A stretch of 53,960 bases of DNA, counting the filler, from Squatina squatina (Eukaryota): the NCBI GenBank assembly GCA_031763465.1. It is 3 parts of 3 records of this genome, joined end to end, with 100 filler letters (N's around TTAATTAATTAA, not from the genome) between each part and the next. Parts side by side here need not be neighbours in the genome. Positions count along the whole stretch, not along the records: positions 23,477 to 38,450 come from JARFOE010000115.1; positions 38,551 to 53,960 come from JARFOE010000019.1; 1 more part is not named here. The stretch is one strand, 5' to 3'. The position numbers and the translations under genes were made by a program. This document shows positions 24,417 to 38,654 of this stretch, in pieces. Positions within the stretch are counted from its first letter, which is position 1. The number at the start of each line of letters is the position of its first letter. A model generated the notes under the pieces. The model made no database searches and had not been told where the DNA came from. It saw only the letters and a program-made list of their open reading frames with translations.

Positions 24417-27400
24417 NNNNNNNNNNNNNNNNNNNNNNNNNNNNNNNNNNNNNNNNNNNNNNNNNNNNNNNNNNNNNNNNNNNNNNNNNNNNNNNNNNNN
24501 NNNNNNNNNNNNNNNNTTTACGGAAATAAACTGGTTATGTTCACCGCCCCCTGTCCATTCTTCACCTGTTGAAATGTGCTTGTGAATGGAGGTAATTTTA
24601 AGCAGAGTTAAGTGAGCAAACTGCCCCAAGAGTGAATCCTGCTCTAAATTTGGTTGATTCACAAAGGATGCACCAAAAAGAGATGAACAGTTCCATCAGA
24701 CCTTAAAGCATCCTTCTAGTTTGTAGCATTATCCAGTAGCTTGGAATGTCTGTCATGGACAGTCTACAGCATTGTTGAGTATCCATCAAAGGATCCCTAA
24801 AGTATCTATCTGGGGAGCGCAGAGCATCAGTCAGAGAATGTCTAAAGTGTCAGTCCTGGAGCCTGGCATGTACAGCAGGCCTCAAGGGCCTGTTTGAGTA
24901 AACAGAAGCTTAGGGAAATTGACTTTGATACAGCCTGTAGAAGGAAGCTATGTTTAATGGTACAACATTTTTTTCCTGTGTTGGGTGGTAGTGTTAAGTG
25001 GAAGGAGGAGAGGAATATTTTTCTGTTCTATATTATAGGATTAAGGTAGATGTAGTGGGAATTTAACAGCTTTGTTTTTTTTTAGGATTAGTATAAATGT
25101 CTGGAATGGTCCTGGGTTTAATCTTTTTTGCCCTTCTCAACGTAGGTTGATCCAAGCTGCTTCATATTTTAAAGTAGAAAAGCCTTTTGGGATTCTGCCC
25201 CATTTTGCATATGTTTTTCACAATTGCTTACATTTCCCATCTTTCCCGCTTTCTTTTATTCCACAATGTAGTTTCTTCAAAAGTTAAGTATGGGGCCATC
25301 ACATTTAAATGAATAGTTTAATATTTAAACTTTCAAGGAAAATAATTTTTTGGTGCAGAGAAAATATAATTCCTGCTTTGGAAAGAAAATTGCTGGCCAT
25401 TTATGGAAATAGGTCAGAAATAGGAGAGAAAGGGTTCAGTCCTAACAATCNNNNNNNNNNNNNNNNNNNNNNNNNNNNNNNNNNNNNNNNNNNNNNNNNN
25501 NNNNNNNNNNNNNNNNNNNNNNNNNNNNNNNNNNNNNNNNNNNNNNNNNNAACAATCTGTACAAATGGTTTTTTGCCATGTGGTCTGCCTGATGCTGTAG
25601 CTGCAGCTAAATCAAGCAGTTTTGTTCTTGCCATGTTCAATCAAATCAGTATCAAACTGAGGTCATTTAGTTAAGCCTTCCAAATAAATTAAATCACTTC
25701 TAAAACAAAGATTTTTTTTTACTAATACGTCCATCTGCTAGACAGTGGTACCTAATGTTTGCATTTTGCTTTCAACAGCATTTAACACTTAAAATTCCTA
25801 AGATTTGAACCTGAATACCTGTTGAACTGCTTTAGAAAGAGCCTTGCTTGATATAAGCTGCAGGAATGTGAGGTACCACAGAACCCTTCCTTGCCGAGGA
25901 TAGCTCCAGTTCATTTTCATATTTAGCCTGATTCCACAAATGGGATACCAAAGTTTGCAATGATTTTACATCTACAAAAAGCACTAGAATTCTGCTGCCC
26001 CTTACTTGGAAAGTCTTGATTTTTCAAGGGATTGTGATTTGTGTGTCTGGCACATAGTATCTCTGCTAAAAATAGGGCATAGTGTAAGATTAGACAGCAC
26101 TCAGTTCTGTTTGATTGATGCACAGTTTCATCCCAACATCAATTTTCAGTTGGGACTGGAGAGGCATTGTCAGGGAGCTTTAGTACTGTATTCAAAAGGG
26201 GACAGGGAAGGGTGCCACTCCATTTTGTGCTTTGTGGGTGTGCTGGACACCAAGTCCCCAGCATGCTTAGAAAATCTGGCATGAAGTAGATTTATGGACA
26301 GACTTTTCAGGGGACAAAGCCTTTAAAAGTAGGTGTTGGTGGGTAATTCTGGGCCATTCTTGTTATTTTCTCTTCCTTATTTCTTGCTAGGATTTAAGCT
26401 TTTGGACTAATTCTTGCAATTTATTTTTGCCCCAACTCCTTTATTGGCACTAATGGGTTTGCCAGTGGGAATCCGCTGAGCTGATGGAAGAAGAAGAGAG
26501 CCTGCAGAGGGATACCTGGCAGATCTGGCTGTGCAAGAGGTGCTCTGTGCTGGCACTCGCATTTATTGACAGAAGTGAAATGACCTCCAATGAAGCTACA
26601 ACAGCAGTCAAAAAACAGCATCAGTAATGTCAGTGAATGGCTGATTAGCCATTCAGCTGGATTGGTCGTCAATAGGATCCTATCAGAGCACATCATGCTT
26701 TATGTGGCACTGCATGAAAGATGACATGTGATTAAGAGCCCACACTGCCTGATTGACATCTTGATGCCACCAACCATTGCCACAGCTCCTGGCATACCTG
26801 TATGCCAATTACCATAGGGATATGTCTTCTGAGCATCTGGGTCACAGACAGACAGATGCCGAGCTGTACCATCTGCGATTACCTTGCAACAGAGGGCTGC
26901 CACCTGCAGAAAAAAACTGACAGTCAATTGTGGCCTGAAACTTGACTGCTCCTCTTTGCAGGTGTGGGACTGTGCAGCTCCATCATGCGTTTACAGAATT
27001 TGGTTTTACCTGCCACTTCTTAATCACTTACCCCTTCATCCTTAGCAAAGGCTGCTATGAATAGAAATATCCTTTAAGGCTTNNNNNNNNNNNNNNNNNN
27101 NNNNNNNNNNNNNNNNNNNNNNNNNNNNNNNNNNNNNNNNNNNNNNNNNNNNNNNNNNNNNNNNNNNNNNNNNNNNNNNNNNGGTGACGCACTTCTGGCT
27201 GGAAATCTGCGCCCACTTCTTGTCCGCCAAATTGGGTTCTTATTAGGCTGGTTAGCGCTCGAAAAATGCTTCTTGTGGGTCTGCATTCCTTGGCCTAGGT
27301 CACTCAATGACCTATTCTCTGTTCTAACTTCAGATATACTTATTTGAGGTTTTTCTCATTATATTTTATGTTTTACACTTTAATTGCTACATGCACAAAG

Positions 27401-30400
27401 GAAGGAAAAGGAACTGCTGTTCTGGGAAACTAAATATTTTCCTACCATGCTCACAAGAGCACCCTCTACTGCACCAGTGTATCATTTTTATTTCCTAGCT
27501 CCTTAACCCAAGGTCTATCTGAGCCAGATTGCTGATATAGGCCAAACTGCTGCAGAATATTATGCAGATTCGTGTCTACTGGGAACCAGGTCAAGTTTGC
27601 CTGAACTCATTTGTCTTAGGATCCTTGCCAGCTGTCAAAATGTAGACATTGTCCCCTTAGTCTGGGTTGGACACCATCCTTTACACCCTGCTGGCTAGAA
27701 ACCCAGGGCTAGTCTATCCTATATCCTAATAAACCCTATATTCATGGGAGTAGCTACCCTGAGATCAACGGGAGTTTAACTGGCTAATTAAAACACAAAG
27801 AGACCTGCTTTGAATTCCACTTCATACAAATCAGTTCTCATTTTTGGCAGCCCTTTCATCCAGTCAACATAACAGCTGTTTGCAGAATAGCAATAATTCT
27901 TAAGAGAAGAACTTACAGAAAATTTTAAACCATTAAAATCATGCAGTCACTGTATATGGCCTCACCTCTACTATAAATCCCTGTTCTCGTCAATATCCCT
28001 ACAACCCTTACTGCACTCCCTGTTCAAACATACTGTTTCAATCTTCAATTCTGCCAGTGTTTATCTCGTCTAACCAAGCTGCTTTATGAGAGCAGCTAAT
28101 TTATTCTTGTTTGACAAGTAAACATACCACAATGTCCATAACACACAGGGTAATTCAGTAAAGAAAAGTTATCTGAACTTACCGAGAGTATCAAAGACTT
28201 GCAAACACTGTACGTCTCTGACTGTTTATATGCTGACTGGCTGCCTTCTAGAGAACTCATTCTCTCAGAGGGAGATGATAAGTTTCTACATATTATAGTT
28301 CAGACTATTGATTGACTAGGCCATTACTTTTGGATTGATCTAGCTGTATTAAGTACCTTCTTTAGTAATAACCAGAATCATTGTGTGGACAGGTGTTGGG
28401 TAACGTTACAGTTGCACCACCATACATTTCTTTTTAATAATGTTTTCTCCTGGTTCAACATTAGCACATGCTTTCCTTCAATATGAATGCTAGTAGGTTC
28501 AAGTAGTCTATTAACTGTTAAGTCTTTTCTGCTGAGATGAGTGTGAAAAATAATGAACACACTGAAGGAAGAGAGCAGCAGTCTGTCCATTATTGATTGT
28601 TTGGCATAACTTCAGTTAAGAATATACATAATGGAACAATAAGACAGACTGAAAGCAGCTTATGAAAGTAATAGTAAAAAATACACAGTATAGTATGTAA
28701 CCCTTAGGCAGCAAGATTTAATGCACCAGCCCTAAAACCAGTAATAGAGTCTTTCACAGGGTCTTAATTATTTTCGTGACATATGTATTGACTTTGAACA
28801 TCAATTATCTGAACATTGATTATCCAGCCTGTCTGATTACCTGCCTACCCTAAGGTGCTTTCTTCCCCAGCACCCCCCTAAAACTTACAGTGCAGTACAG
28901 GTACATGCACAATATATTACACAGCCATAGGAAAAGCTTGGTGTGTATGTTTTCCCAATTGGTGTTTGACTATTCAAACAAATTGACTATCTGAACACCC
29001 TCTGGTCCCAATTAGTTTGGATAATTGACGCTCTACTCTGTTGTTGCCTGCTAATGGAAGTAAGTTGTTACTTGAATCCTTTGCAGGNNNNNNNNNNNNN
29101 NNNNNNNNNNNNNNNNNNNNNNNNNNNNNNNNNNNNNNNNNNNNNNNNNNNNNNNNNNNNNNNNNNNNNNNNNNNNNNNNNNNNNNNTCTTTTCCAAACC
29201 ATAATAACATAAATAATGAGTGCTGTGTTTTTTTTAGCAATAGTACAAAAGGATGTACTCTAAAGTATGTGAGGTTACATGCAATGAAACAAACTATTGG
29301 TGATTATTACAGTTAGTACTTATGAAATTAATATTTGCAATAGTGATATGAAATATAACAATTTCACCAATAATATATTATGCCATGTACATAATTGCTT
29401 TCCTTTATTGTTTTATGAAGGNNNNNNNNNNTGCTCCAGATTTGTGCACAAAAATGTACTACAATTAAACCATTTACAGCTTTTAATGTATGCCGGTGCT
29501 TGATCTTGAGAAAAAACACAAGATACTAGTAATAAAGTAAAACTTTACAAGATACATATTCCAATACAAAGGTTAAGGTTGTGGAAACTGCTTTTGTAAG
29601 TTTGACGGTATACAAATCTATTTTTACAATTTTGACAAGTGACATGAAGAGTCTCGTAGAGACCTCTGTTATAAATTATATTCTCTTTAATCTAAATTAT
29701 GTTAATACAGAATGCTTGGTAAATGAACACAATCTTATAGAAGATTGCTCCATTTACAATGTAAGTTTGACTTGGTTGCTGAGCAGGATCAGTCCTAATC
29801 ATATGCAGTGTGTCTTTTTGATCCATTGCAGATTTTTGTTTTCATTTGTTCATGAATTTTTTATTTTCATTTTTACTGCTTCTTCAAAAAATGTATTAAC
29901 TCAATTCACTCATTTCATCCTTGAAGGAGTACGGTTATCACAGTGACACTTAACAATACNNNNNNNNNNNNNNNNNNNNNNNNNNNNNNNNNNNNNNNNN
30001 NNNNNNNNNNNNNNNNNNNNNNNNNNNNNNNNNNNNNNNNNNNNNNNNNNNNNNNNNNNTGAGAATGCTTCCATTACTTCATGCTATTCTTCAAGGGAAG
30101 AGCGTAAAGGCACGAAAGCAAACAAACCAACATACTCTCAGTTTGATGTTTTTAAAATATTTCTTTTAAATTGGCAACTATTTTACTAATTCAAAGAATC
30201 TGAATTTACTTTAGAAATAGGATTCTTCAGGGAGATTTTTAGCCTAGACTCGTGAAATGTTGAAAAGTGTGGAGTAGACCCTGAGCTGGAGAGTGCAATT
30301 AGACCTAGAGTGACAACGATAACAAGAAAAACTTCAGGGAATTGTTCTCAAACTCGTAAAAGATACTAAAATATAAACATGTAATCTTGATTATTAAGAT

Positions 30401-32187
30401 ATTTCACACTGTGCTGATGTGAAATCTTTACAAATTTCCCATGAACTTTCATCACTTGTATTATAAATGGCATTCAAAAATAAATGTTTTACTAACCTGT
30501 ATTTCAATAGTTTTATTTTTCAAGAATATGCCTGTGTTAAGTGCAGCTAAACAACATCACTATTATTGCAGATTTAACAAGTAAGAGACATCTAGCAGCA
30601 TGGAGGAATTTTAAAGTTTCAATAAAATGTTTTTAATTATATTTTATTTCAGATCTTACAAAAAATTATATTCTGTTTCCAAACAAATCTTGATAATCAA
30701 CCTGGACTCAGCAAATGGTGGGGCAAGTATGTTATTGCGAATTCTAACTTCAGGCAAATTTTGTTTTTCATGCATAAAGCATATTACAGCTAAAATCCTT
30801 GTGAGGTTAGCATTGGCCATTACAGTGTTTTTCGATACTTAATAATAGATGTTTTAAAGTTTAAGTGCAGCCTAAGGCATTCATGAGCATTTATTACAAA
30901 TCGTTGGTTGCCCATCTTATGCAGAGAAGAATAACATTTACATACACTAGCCTACATTAATAACAGAAAGAAAAAAAGGCTGAAACTGCCGTCANNNNNN
31001 NNNNNAAGAGTAACCGGTGCTAATAAAGCTGACTATATTCTTCTGAAATATCAAGCCGTCTGTTCCAATATATTGTCTTCTCCCATGGGATCCACAAATC
31101 CAAATCTGATAACATTCTAGCAATGGCAGAGAGACGCTGCTCTGCTCTCCAGTTGCACTAAGCCGAATCTTTTATTCATCTTTCCCGCAACTGTACTTTC
31201 AGCTGTATCAAAACAAAAATGTTACTGCACGCACCCTTCATTGTAAATTTTGATACCAATAGTTTAAACTTCTACCTTTTCTCAATGGACTTTTATGTTT
31301 ATTTTTTTCCCTTGTTGCAAGAAAGGAAAATAAACACTAACTCAATGACATGATTGGCAAGCACTAATGCCACCATACTGGCTTTCTGCACATGCCCAGC
31401 AATGTGTTTCTGGTAGGCAATGACTAGCCATCACGACTGGAAATGGTCTATACTATTCAAAAGGGTTAAAAGCCACCAAAACAGCCAGTAGATAAAACAC
31501 ACTCTAACTGGTAATAAATAAAAATGTTTAAGAATAACACAAAAGAGGCCGAGTATAATAACTAATGATCGAGGTCAGATCTGTCTATCCTGCAGAATTA
31601 TTTTCAGTGTAAGTTTACTACTAGGCTAATATTTAGCTTATAAAGCAGGAAGCTGAAGGTGAGGCTGACTGTATATCTACATGTTTCTTACATTCCTTCA
31701 CTAAAGCTTGTTTGAATCAGCCATGCCAAGCAACATGCACATCAGAGGCTCGGTTTAAAAAAAGGACAGTCTCATTACTCTTCCTTGACTCTGACTATGC
31801 ACACAATAAAATAAATCCTGCCTGACCTCTCTAAGGAACATCCTTATTGTTCATTGACGATGAAGTGACTGCAGCTGCCTGGTAACCGCAAACAGCTTCA
31901 GTAAACGCATGGATACAGACTAGAAAATGAACAGTGCACGATGAATGGGGTTACTTTCGAAGTAATTATGATTCTCTAGTTTCTGTGCCTTCGATCTGAT
32001 GCTTTTTATTTGATTAAAACTACCCTTTATTGATGTTGCTACAGTGCAAACCCTTTTTGTGAAGCCTTTCAATTTGCCAACAGTCTCCTCCCAGAAAATA
32101 ACCATAAGCTCAGCAAAAACAGCTGCAAGGCTTCATTCCGATAAAAATGTGCTGTTCTTCATAGAAGTGGTTTTGTTCTGGACATTC

Positions 32188-32434
32188 ATGGCAGCTGCGT
32201 ATTGGAGGACGAGGGCCCCCAAATTTTCAGATGCTGTCCTACAGACTCTCGTTGGTGTGGTTGAGAGGAGGCCAGAGAGGCTGTTCTCGCCTGCAGGCAG
32301 AAGGGGCACTGCCAGAATGGTGAGGCGAATGTGGAAGGAGATTGCCATTGAGGTGTTGGCCTCAGGCCTGGCAGAGAGAGCGGTGTGAGGATCAGTGCTG
32401 CAAGAAATTTAATGACCTCACCCGCATAGTGAAG
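32188..32434 (+). mobile_element. Harbinger transposon Myb/SANT-like DNA-binding gene remnant
   Basis: RAPKFSDAVLQTLVGVVERRPERLF...RRMWKEIAIEV, then after a frameshift QCCKKFNDLTRIVK followed by a GT donor. This is the trihelix pattern of Harbinger ORF2/NAIF1-like proteins. Confidence 0.75.
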
Positions 32435-33182
32435 GTGATTGTGAGTGTTTCATCAATGGCCACCTCATATGTAAGTGTGTGATTGGTAATGTGTGAAAGA
32501 AATTAGCTTATTGAAGGTGTGCTCACAGTGNNNNNNNNNNNNNNNNNNNNNNNNNNNNNNNNNNNNNNNNNNNNNNNNNNNNNNNNNNNNNNNNNNNNNN
32601 NNNNNNNNNNNNNNNNNNNNNNNNNNNNNNTACTTGGGGTCTTTTTGAAGCAATTTTCTGGCAATTTATGGACAGTTCTGTATGTTCATGCCGCTAGCAT
32701 CTGGACTAAAGCTGCACAATGATAGAGCACTTACAATTTGCAAAGAGAGAAGACTTTTATCACATCACTCCAAGTTAAACTGGAACCCAAACTAAAAGGA
32801 TCGTATGCTGTATCACTCAGTACTCCTTCCCAGAAAGTTTACCTTATGTTTACATTCTAAAGACAACTAGGGGAAAAAAATGATTACCACATGAAATTTT
32901 ACTCCACTCTTGTCCATTCAATCCAGTATTGGCATTGGAGTCTGAATTACTCCTAATTTCAGCATCTTAGATCCAACACTGCACTCAGTCTCAGCTACTT
33001 GTTTCTTGGCATATCACTACTCCCCTTATTGTGTTCAGTACCAGATGTAGTAGCATACCTACATCAATGAAACTCAGTAAACAACTAGATTCAGAGAAAC
33101 ACAAATGTCAGAACTGAAATTCAGCTAATTTTATTATTGTTTAAAGTTATTTTTCTGCTTTCGGAACTAAACATTAACTGAC

Positions 33183-33295
33183 CTGCCAATTGTCAGGTGC
33201 TATGACAATTTTATGGATCTCGAAGTCTGGCAAGTTTTTCGCAAGATAATCTGCCACATGTTCTGCCTTGGCGTAATAAGGGCAGTTTGCTCGAC
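33183..33295 (-). CDS. MDH1B: MDH1B (putative malate dehydrogenase 1B), exon 2 equivalent (113 bp)
   Basis: Acceptor tttgctgttgcag and donor gtcagt. Encodes (G)[37 protein letters not shown], like human [38 protein letters not shown]. Not shown in this frame by the ORF track. Confidence 0.88.
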
Positions 33296-34911
33296 CTGCA
33301 ACAGCAAAACAAATCAAAAGATATGTCATTTTTACAATGCTGTAAGAACATCACCATTTTTAGCAACAGGAAAATGACATGAGGTCCAACAAATAATCGC
33401 TTTTTGATAGATCTCACCAGAACAGGGAGTGTCATATTTCCGGGTGTCTCAATTGATCCAAAATTGGGAAATTTCAGGCACATCCAAACATTCATTGTGG
33501 TCAATTTTGATTCCTATGAAATTTATCAGTCCACTGAACCAACATGTGCAGTGAATAGTAACAATGAGGACTGTCTTACTTATTATTATTTAAAACAATC
33601 TATTGACCTACATGACAAAATAAATGGTTTTAATGGTATATCTTTTATTGCATTCATTTATTTAAAAAGCAGTACAGCACTACAACATGACTATACTGCA
33701 CAAATTTCCTTTCTAAAAATCAATAATAATTTGATGTCACTGTAAGAGCGACATGAGACACACATAAAAATGAGCTACCACTTTTAATGTTATTATATCT
33801 CTCAGATAAAAGAGCCCCAAATCATGCTGTTAAGTGCAAAGAACAGTTACTGTTCCACCAAGGATGGTGAAGAACCACCATGGTGAAGGTCTGTTCTTGC
33901 GATATGGGCAATGCTGGTAAAGCTGCCTTTGTTACCCATCCCTAGTTGCCCTGAGAAGGTGGTGGTGGGACTTCTTGAACTACGTACATATGAACATNNN
34001 NNNNNNNNNNNNNNNNNNNNNNNNNNNNNNNNNNNNNNNNNNNNNNNNNNNNNNNNNNNNNNNNNNNNNNNNNNNNNNNNNNNNNNNNNNNNNNNNNCCT
34101 TGACTTTGTTCCTTTCATAAACTCAATGAGATCCTGCTATATTTCAGCTTCCTCTGACCAAATTACATCAGTGACTCACCTTGTCATGTACACATGAGAG
34201 ATGACAATGCCAGCTGGAGGATGTGCACTGCTGAGGCGGGTAAATTGGTGAGTTCCAGTAGGTAATACAGTGAGTGTGACAGGTGCTTTAGCCGCTAACT
34301 ACATTATCTTTGCCAGTCTATTGGCTTTTAAAAGTAACAAAATGGAAACATTGTGAATTTGGATAGCTTGATCACAAACAAAATCTTTGTCAAGTGCCCT
34401 CAATTATGTGTCGCAGTACTGTGGAGAGGCACAGCATGGTATATAGTATCTTTTCACCATCAGATTCATGTCATTGGCTCGCTATTGTGCAGTGCACCCT
34501 GGGTAAGATCATATAATTGCTATTGGCAACTTGTGCCCTACAGCTGTGCTATAAAACTCTCCACAGAATTTTGGTTCAGAAACAAGACAGATATTTATTA
34601 TTTTTTGATCAGCTGTGAAGAATTTTATTGTACAGGAAGGAGATAAAAATTACCAGAATGGGGCTGTGTGATTTAGTTAACTGGGGGAGCTGAGTGGTCT
34701 TTTTTCATTCCTACTTTCTTATGACTTTATGTAATTATTACTCTATTAATACTAACTATCATTCTATGGAAATATACAGTTTTGTAAACTGAGTAGAATT
34801 CTCATTCCCATCTAACACTGATGCCAATGATATTTTGGCAGCACAAGAAAGAAACAATTGCCATGATTAATTTATTCTCATGCATACCTGCACCGCTCAA
34901 CCACAGCAGTG

Positions 34912-35175
34912 TGACTGATAGGAGACCAGGGATACGTGCTCAGCCTTGGTCAATGACACCTTTTCAGAATCCATGGACAGAGGCTGAAAACAGGGCATTG
35001 ATGCTTTTGGGCACCACCAGGGTCATTGTGGAACAGACCGACATAATTCTCAAGTCCTGTTTCCTGTACCTGGACAGTTCAGGGGTTTCCCCTGCAGTAC
35101 AGTCCAGCAAGGGTTTCCAGAATGGCAATATCTTGCTGCATCCACTGTAACTTGGCCATTACAAAAGGACAAACA
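34912..35175 (+). mobile_element. Harbinger transposase (HARBI1-like DDE) C-terminal remnant
   Basis: LIGDQGY / PWSMTPFQNPWTEAE...TTRVIVEQTDIILKSCFLYLDSSG / LQYSPARVSRMAISCCIHCNLA across frameshifts. Matches the HARBI1 pattern GDxGY..WLMTP..TRxxVExxxGxLKxRF..CCxLHN. Confidence 0.78.
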
Positions 35176-35835
35176 CAGAAGATGAAGAGGGAGAAGACGG
35201 CAGGGAACAATTCCCTGTGTACAGCAAAGAAGCCCAGGAGAGAGAGGGGAGGTGGGCCCAGACACTCGACTGTCAGCAGCACATGCCATCAGGCAGGAGA
35301 TCATCACCATCTTCTTCCAGTAAAGAGGATGCCCTCCATCCGCATGGCATCTTGCCTTGCTCTGAAACAATTCATCTAAGCTGTAAATAACTAACATCCT
35401 CTCTGGGAAAAGGACATTAATCACCATATAGGAGAGATAACACAAGGTCTCCCTGGAAAAAATACACAAAAGGCCACCTTGACCTGCATTCTACTGCTAC
35501 CTTTTATCACTGTGACAACCCCTTGTGCCTAAAACTCTTTTTGTGCCTGCTCCTAACCTCCTACTTCTGTGCCGTGATACTTCAGGGTCAGGAATTGTGA
35601 GGTTTGTGGCTGGGGCTGTATCAATGGGGCCCTTGAGGACGCAGGTGGCGCTTGTCTTAGTGAAGCCAATGTCGTTGAACGACCTACATCTAGTCTCATG
35701 TCATTTATGCATCTGGTGCCTAATCGGTGCGGACCAGAAGATCCCTACTGTGGCGGATTTGGAGGCAGCTGTATTGATGTTGGTGCAATGTCAGTGCTGG
35801 GCATGGCCTCGGTTGGGCTAATGGTCTGTGTGAAA

Positions 35836-35920
35836 GCATAGAAACATGGAAAATAGGAATGGGAGTCAGCCGTTCAGCTCTTTGAGCCTGCTCCGCCATT
35901 CAATACGATCATGGCTGATC
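35836..35920 (-). mobile_element. CR1 3' tail fragment
   Basis: gagcctgctccgccattcaatacgatcatggctgatc matches the inverted tail at 7731-7810. Confidence 0.7.
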
Positions 35921-38450
35921 GAATAGTCCCAGTGAAGNNNNNNNNNNNNNNNNNNNNNNNNNNNNNNNNNNNNNNNNNNNNNNNNNNNNNNNNNNNNNNN
36001 NNNNNNNNNNNNNNNNNNNNNNNNNNNNNNNNNNNNNACATTTCAAAGGTGGCCTTTTCTTGGCTATTTCAGAAGTGCTGACTGGAAGTTACTAGTTTGG
36101 ATACATGCCACATTAAAACGAGGCTCACTTTCCGAAGTACTGAAAATACTTAATTTTCCCTGGTACACAAGATGAAACTGTTATTTCAGCACAAACATAC
36201 ATATTCTCCCATTCACAAGCCCTAATATTATTCTTTGCTACGTTCGTATTTAAATATGCACAAAGTCACTTCACGTTTGATTTTGTATTCCAATGAAGCC
36301 AATGGGATGGAAAATTGGGTGGGGCGCATAATAGGCAGCCAATTTGATATCGTCAATTTTACACTACTGGCCAAAGTTAAAATGACCCACATTCAGTCGC
36401 ATGTCAATTCTGATCACTGTGCACCACATTGCATGTGTAAATAACAACTTTCTGCACGTTTGCAGAACATACAATGTTGCATAGAGATTAGTGCAGCACA
36501 TAAGGAGAAAATTGAGGCCTTATTCTTTTAGTATTCCAGCTGTGCCACAGTAGAGCTTTATTAGTGATCTTTCACATTGCTAAGCTTCTTACACTTGCAA
36601 ATAAGTTCCACATTTTGAGCACAGTAAATAACTACTTTGTAACAGTTGGATAGTTAGCTTAATCATTCAATGCAAGTAAATATACTTTCCAGGATTAGGA
36701 TTCCTGNNNNNNNNNNNNNNNNNNNNNNNNNNNNNNNNNNNNNNNNNNNNNNNNNNNNNNNNNNNNNNNNNNNNNNNNNNNNNNNNNNNNNNNNNNNNNN
36801 NNNNNNGTATCGTGAGGACGAGGTTGATGGTTGTGCATGAGTTGAACTATTCCATGTGATCGGTGATAGTCTGGGAAATGACAATTTGGTGCTTGGTAAT
36901 GGGACCATGGCCCAGAGGGAGATAGGAGATATGAGGAAAAATCAGATAGTTTATATTGATGCAGAATGAAAGATGGTGTGGAACAAAGGTTCAAAACAGC
37001 AATCATATAGATTGATCCGTAGCTGCTGAACACAGCAAACAAAAGCATGCAAGCAAGGACACACGGTAGAGAGGATGGATTGCGTATCACGGTGATGGAT
37101 ATCAGTTATCATGAGTGGCTCCAAAAGAGGAAGCATGAAGCTTCAGCTAGAAACCTCATAGGTTGAGCCGTAATAGCTGTCCTCAGTCACCAGCCCTCTT
37201 ACCGCCTTGTGCCTATGAGCAATGGTGGGAAATACAACACATGCCATTGAAAATACACAGAGATAAACTGTACCTTTGCATGTATACAAACACTTCTTTA
37301 ATTTAAGCGAAGGAACAGGCATACTTGGATCTGAAATAACTTTAATTAAAGCAAGCCTGGGCTTTTGGAAATAGATCTGAAGTGACCTAACTCAGTTCCC
37401 TTTGGTTCCTGAATGCAATTCAGCCCACATGCCAGGGAAGTACACTTATTCTGAATGTTTGCCTACACACATTAAATGAAATGTTCCACCACCGCTTACA
37501 AACAGCCCCATGCCCTGGGCTGACTGCTTGTAGTTGGCTTAAGGGGATCTCAAAACAAGAATGGTGAATTTTAGTTTAAATTGCTTTCATTGGGGGGGAA
37601 GTAAGAATCCAATTTCATCGAGCTGCGAAACATGTTTAGAATTAATGAAAGTATATGAATTTCTGCTGTAGTGACACATACTCAGTCATTGTTTTCTGGT
37701 TACATGGCAAGGGAGGAATCTTAGTTTATCTGTCTCTACACAGTTACAGCACAATTCCCTCAGAACCACAAGTTAACATTACCAAACATCCTCCATCTAT
37801 CATATATAATATATTAGGAGATCTGCATATAGCATTCATTTCCTGTGTCATACTGTCTACTTAACCGTATCTCATCACTCTTTTATCCCAATTAAATTTA
37901 CCCATTCGGTCCTTGCCTCTGATTGAATTCTCCAAGCTTAGCCTTCAAAATAGATGTTAGCTGTAAATATGCCACAGTGCTCTCAGTTCTATCTCCAAGA
38001 TATGTGGTGGTGTTATTCCAAACAGCATCTTCCTTGGAGCTTCTAAAACTCAGGCCTGTTGCCCAATGTTACTTACCCCACCTCCTTGCTGCTGTCTCCT
38101 TCCCCTCCCTGCTACTACTGNNNNNNNNNNTACAATCTGAGAAACTGCATTCCTTTGAAAGTGCTGGTGGCGGTTGTTTTCATATCTTCACACTCCTCCT
38201 TTGGACAGTAGTGAGAAGCAGTGTAAGGACTTGCAGGCTGATTAATAATCTGAGGCTGCGACGTGAACACCCCTTCCATGGGCTTAACTATCTTTACACC
38301 AGTCGATAGCACGGTTAGTCTTTTATGGGGTCCCACAACCCATATGCTCAGGGGGGTGGGGGGGTGGGGAGGTGGTGCGGTGCTACCCACTCCCACTGGA
38401 CACAAGTAACCCGCTGCAGATCAACCCAGAGCTGGAGCTCCGGTCTCCAC

Positions 38451-38550
38451 NNNNNNNNNNNNNNNNNNNNNNNNNNNNNNNNNNNNNNNNNNNNTTAATT
38501 AATTAANNNNNNNNNNNNNNNNNNNNNNNNNNNNNNNNNNNNNNNNNNNN
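38451..38550. other. Artificial scaffold-joining spacer (N44-TTAATTAATTAA-N44)
   Basis: Same construct as 23377-23476. Gene content on the two sides is unrelated. Confidence 0.93.
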
Positions 38551-38654
38551 TTTAATTCTACGCTGGCAAAAGCAGACCTTATACCTACTTTTACCAGGCG
38601 TCAGAGAATTTCACGGGCATTCGCTGGGCAGAAGTTGAGCAAATAGATTCGATA

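Noticed and set aside
30627-30842. ILTSG peptide resembling MDH1B ILTSGEVFG
   Set aside because: It is on the wrong strand for MDH1B and has no flanking similarity.
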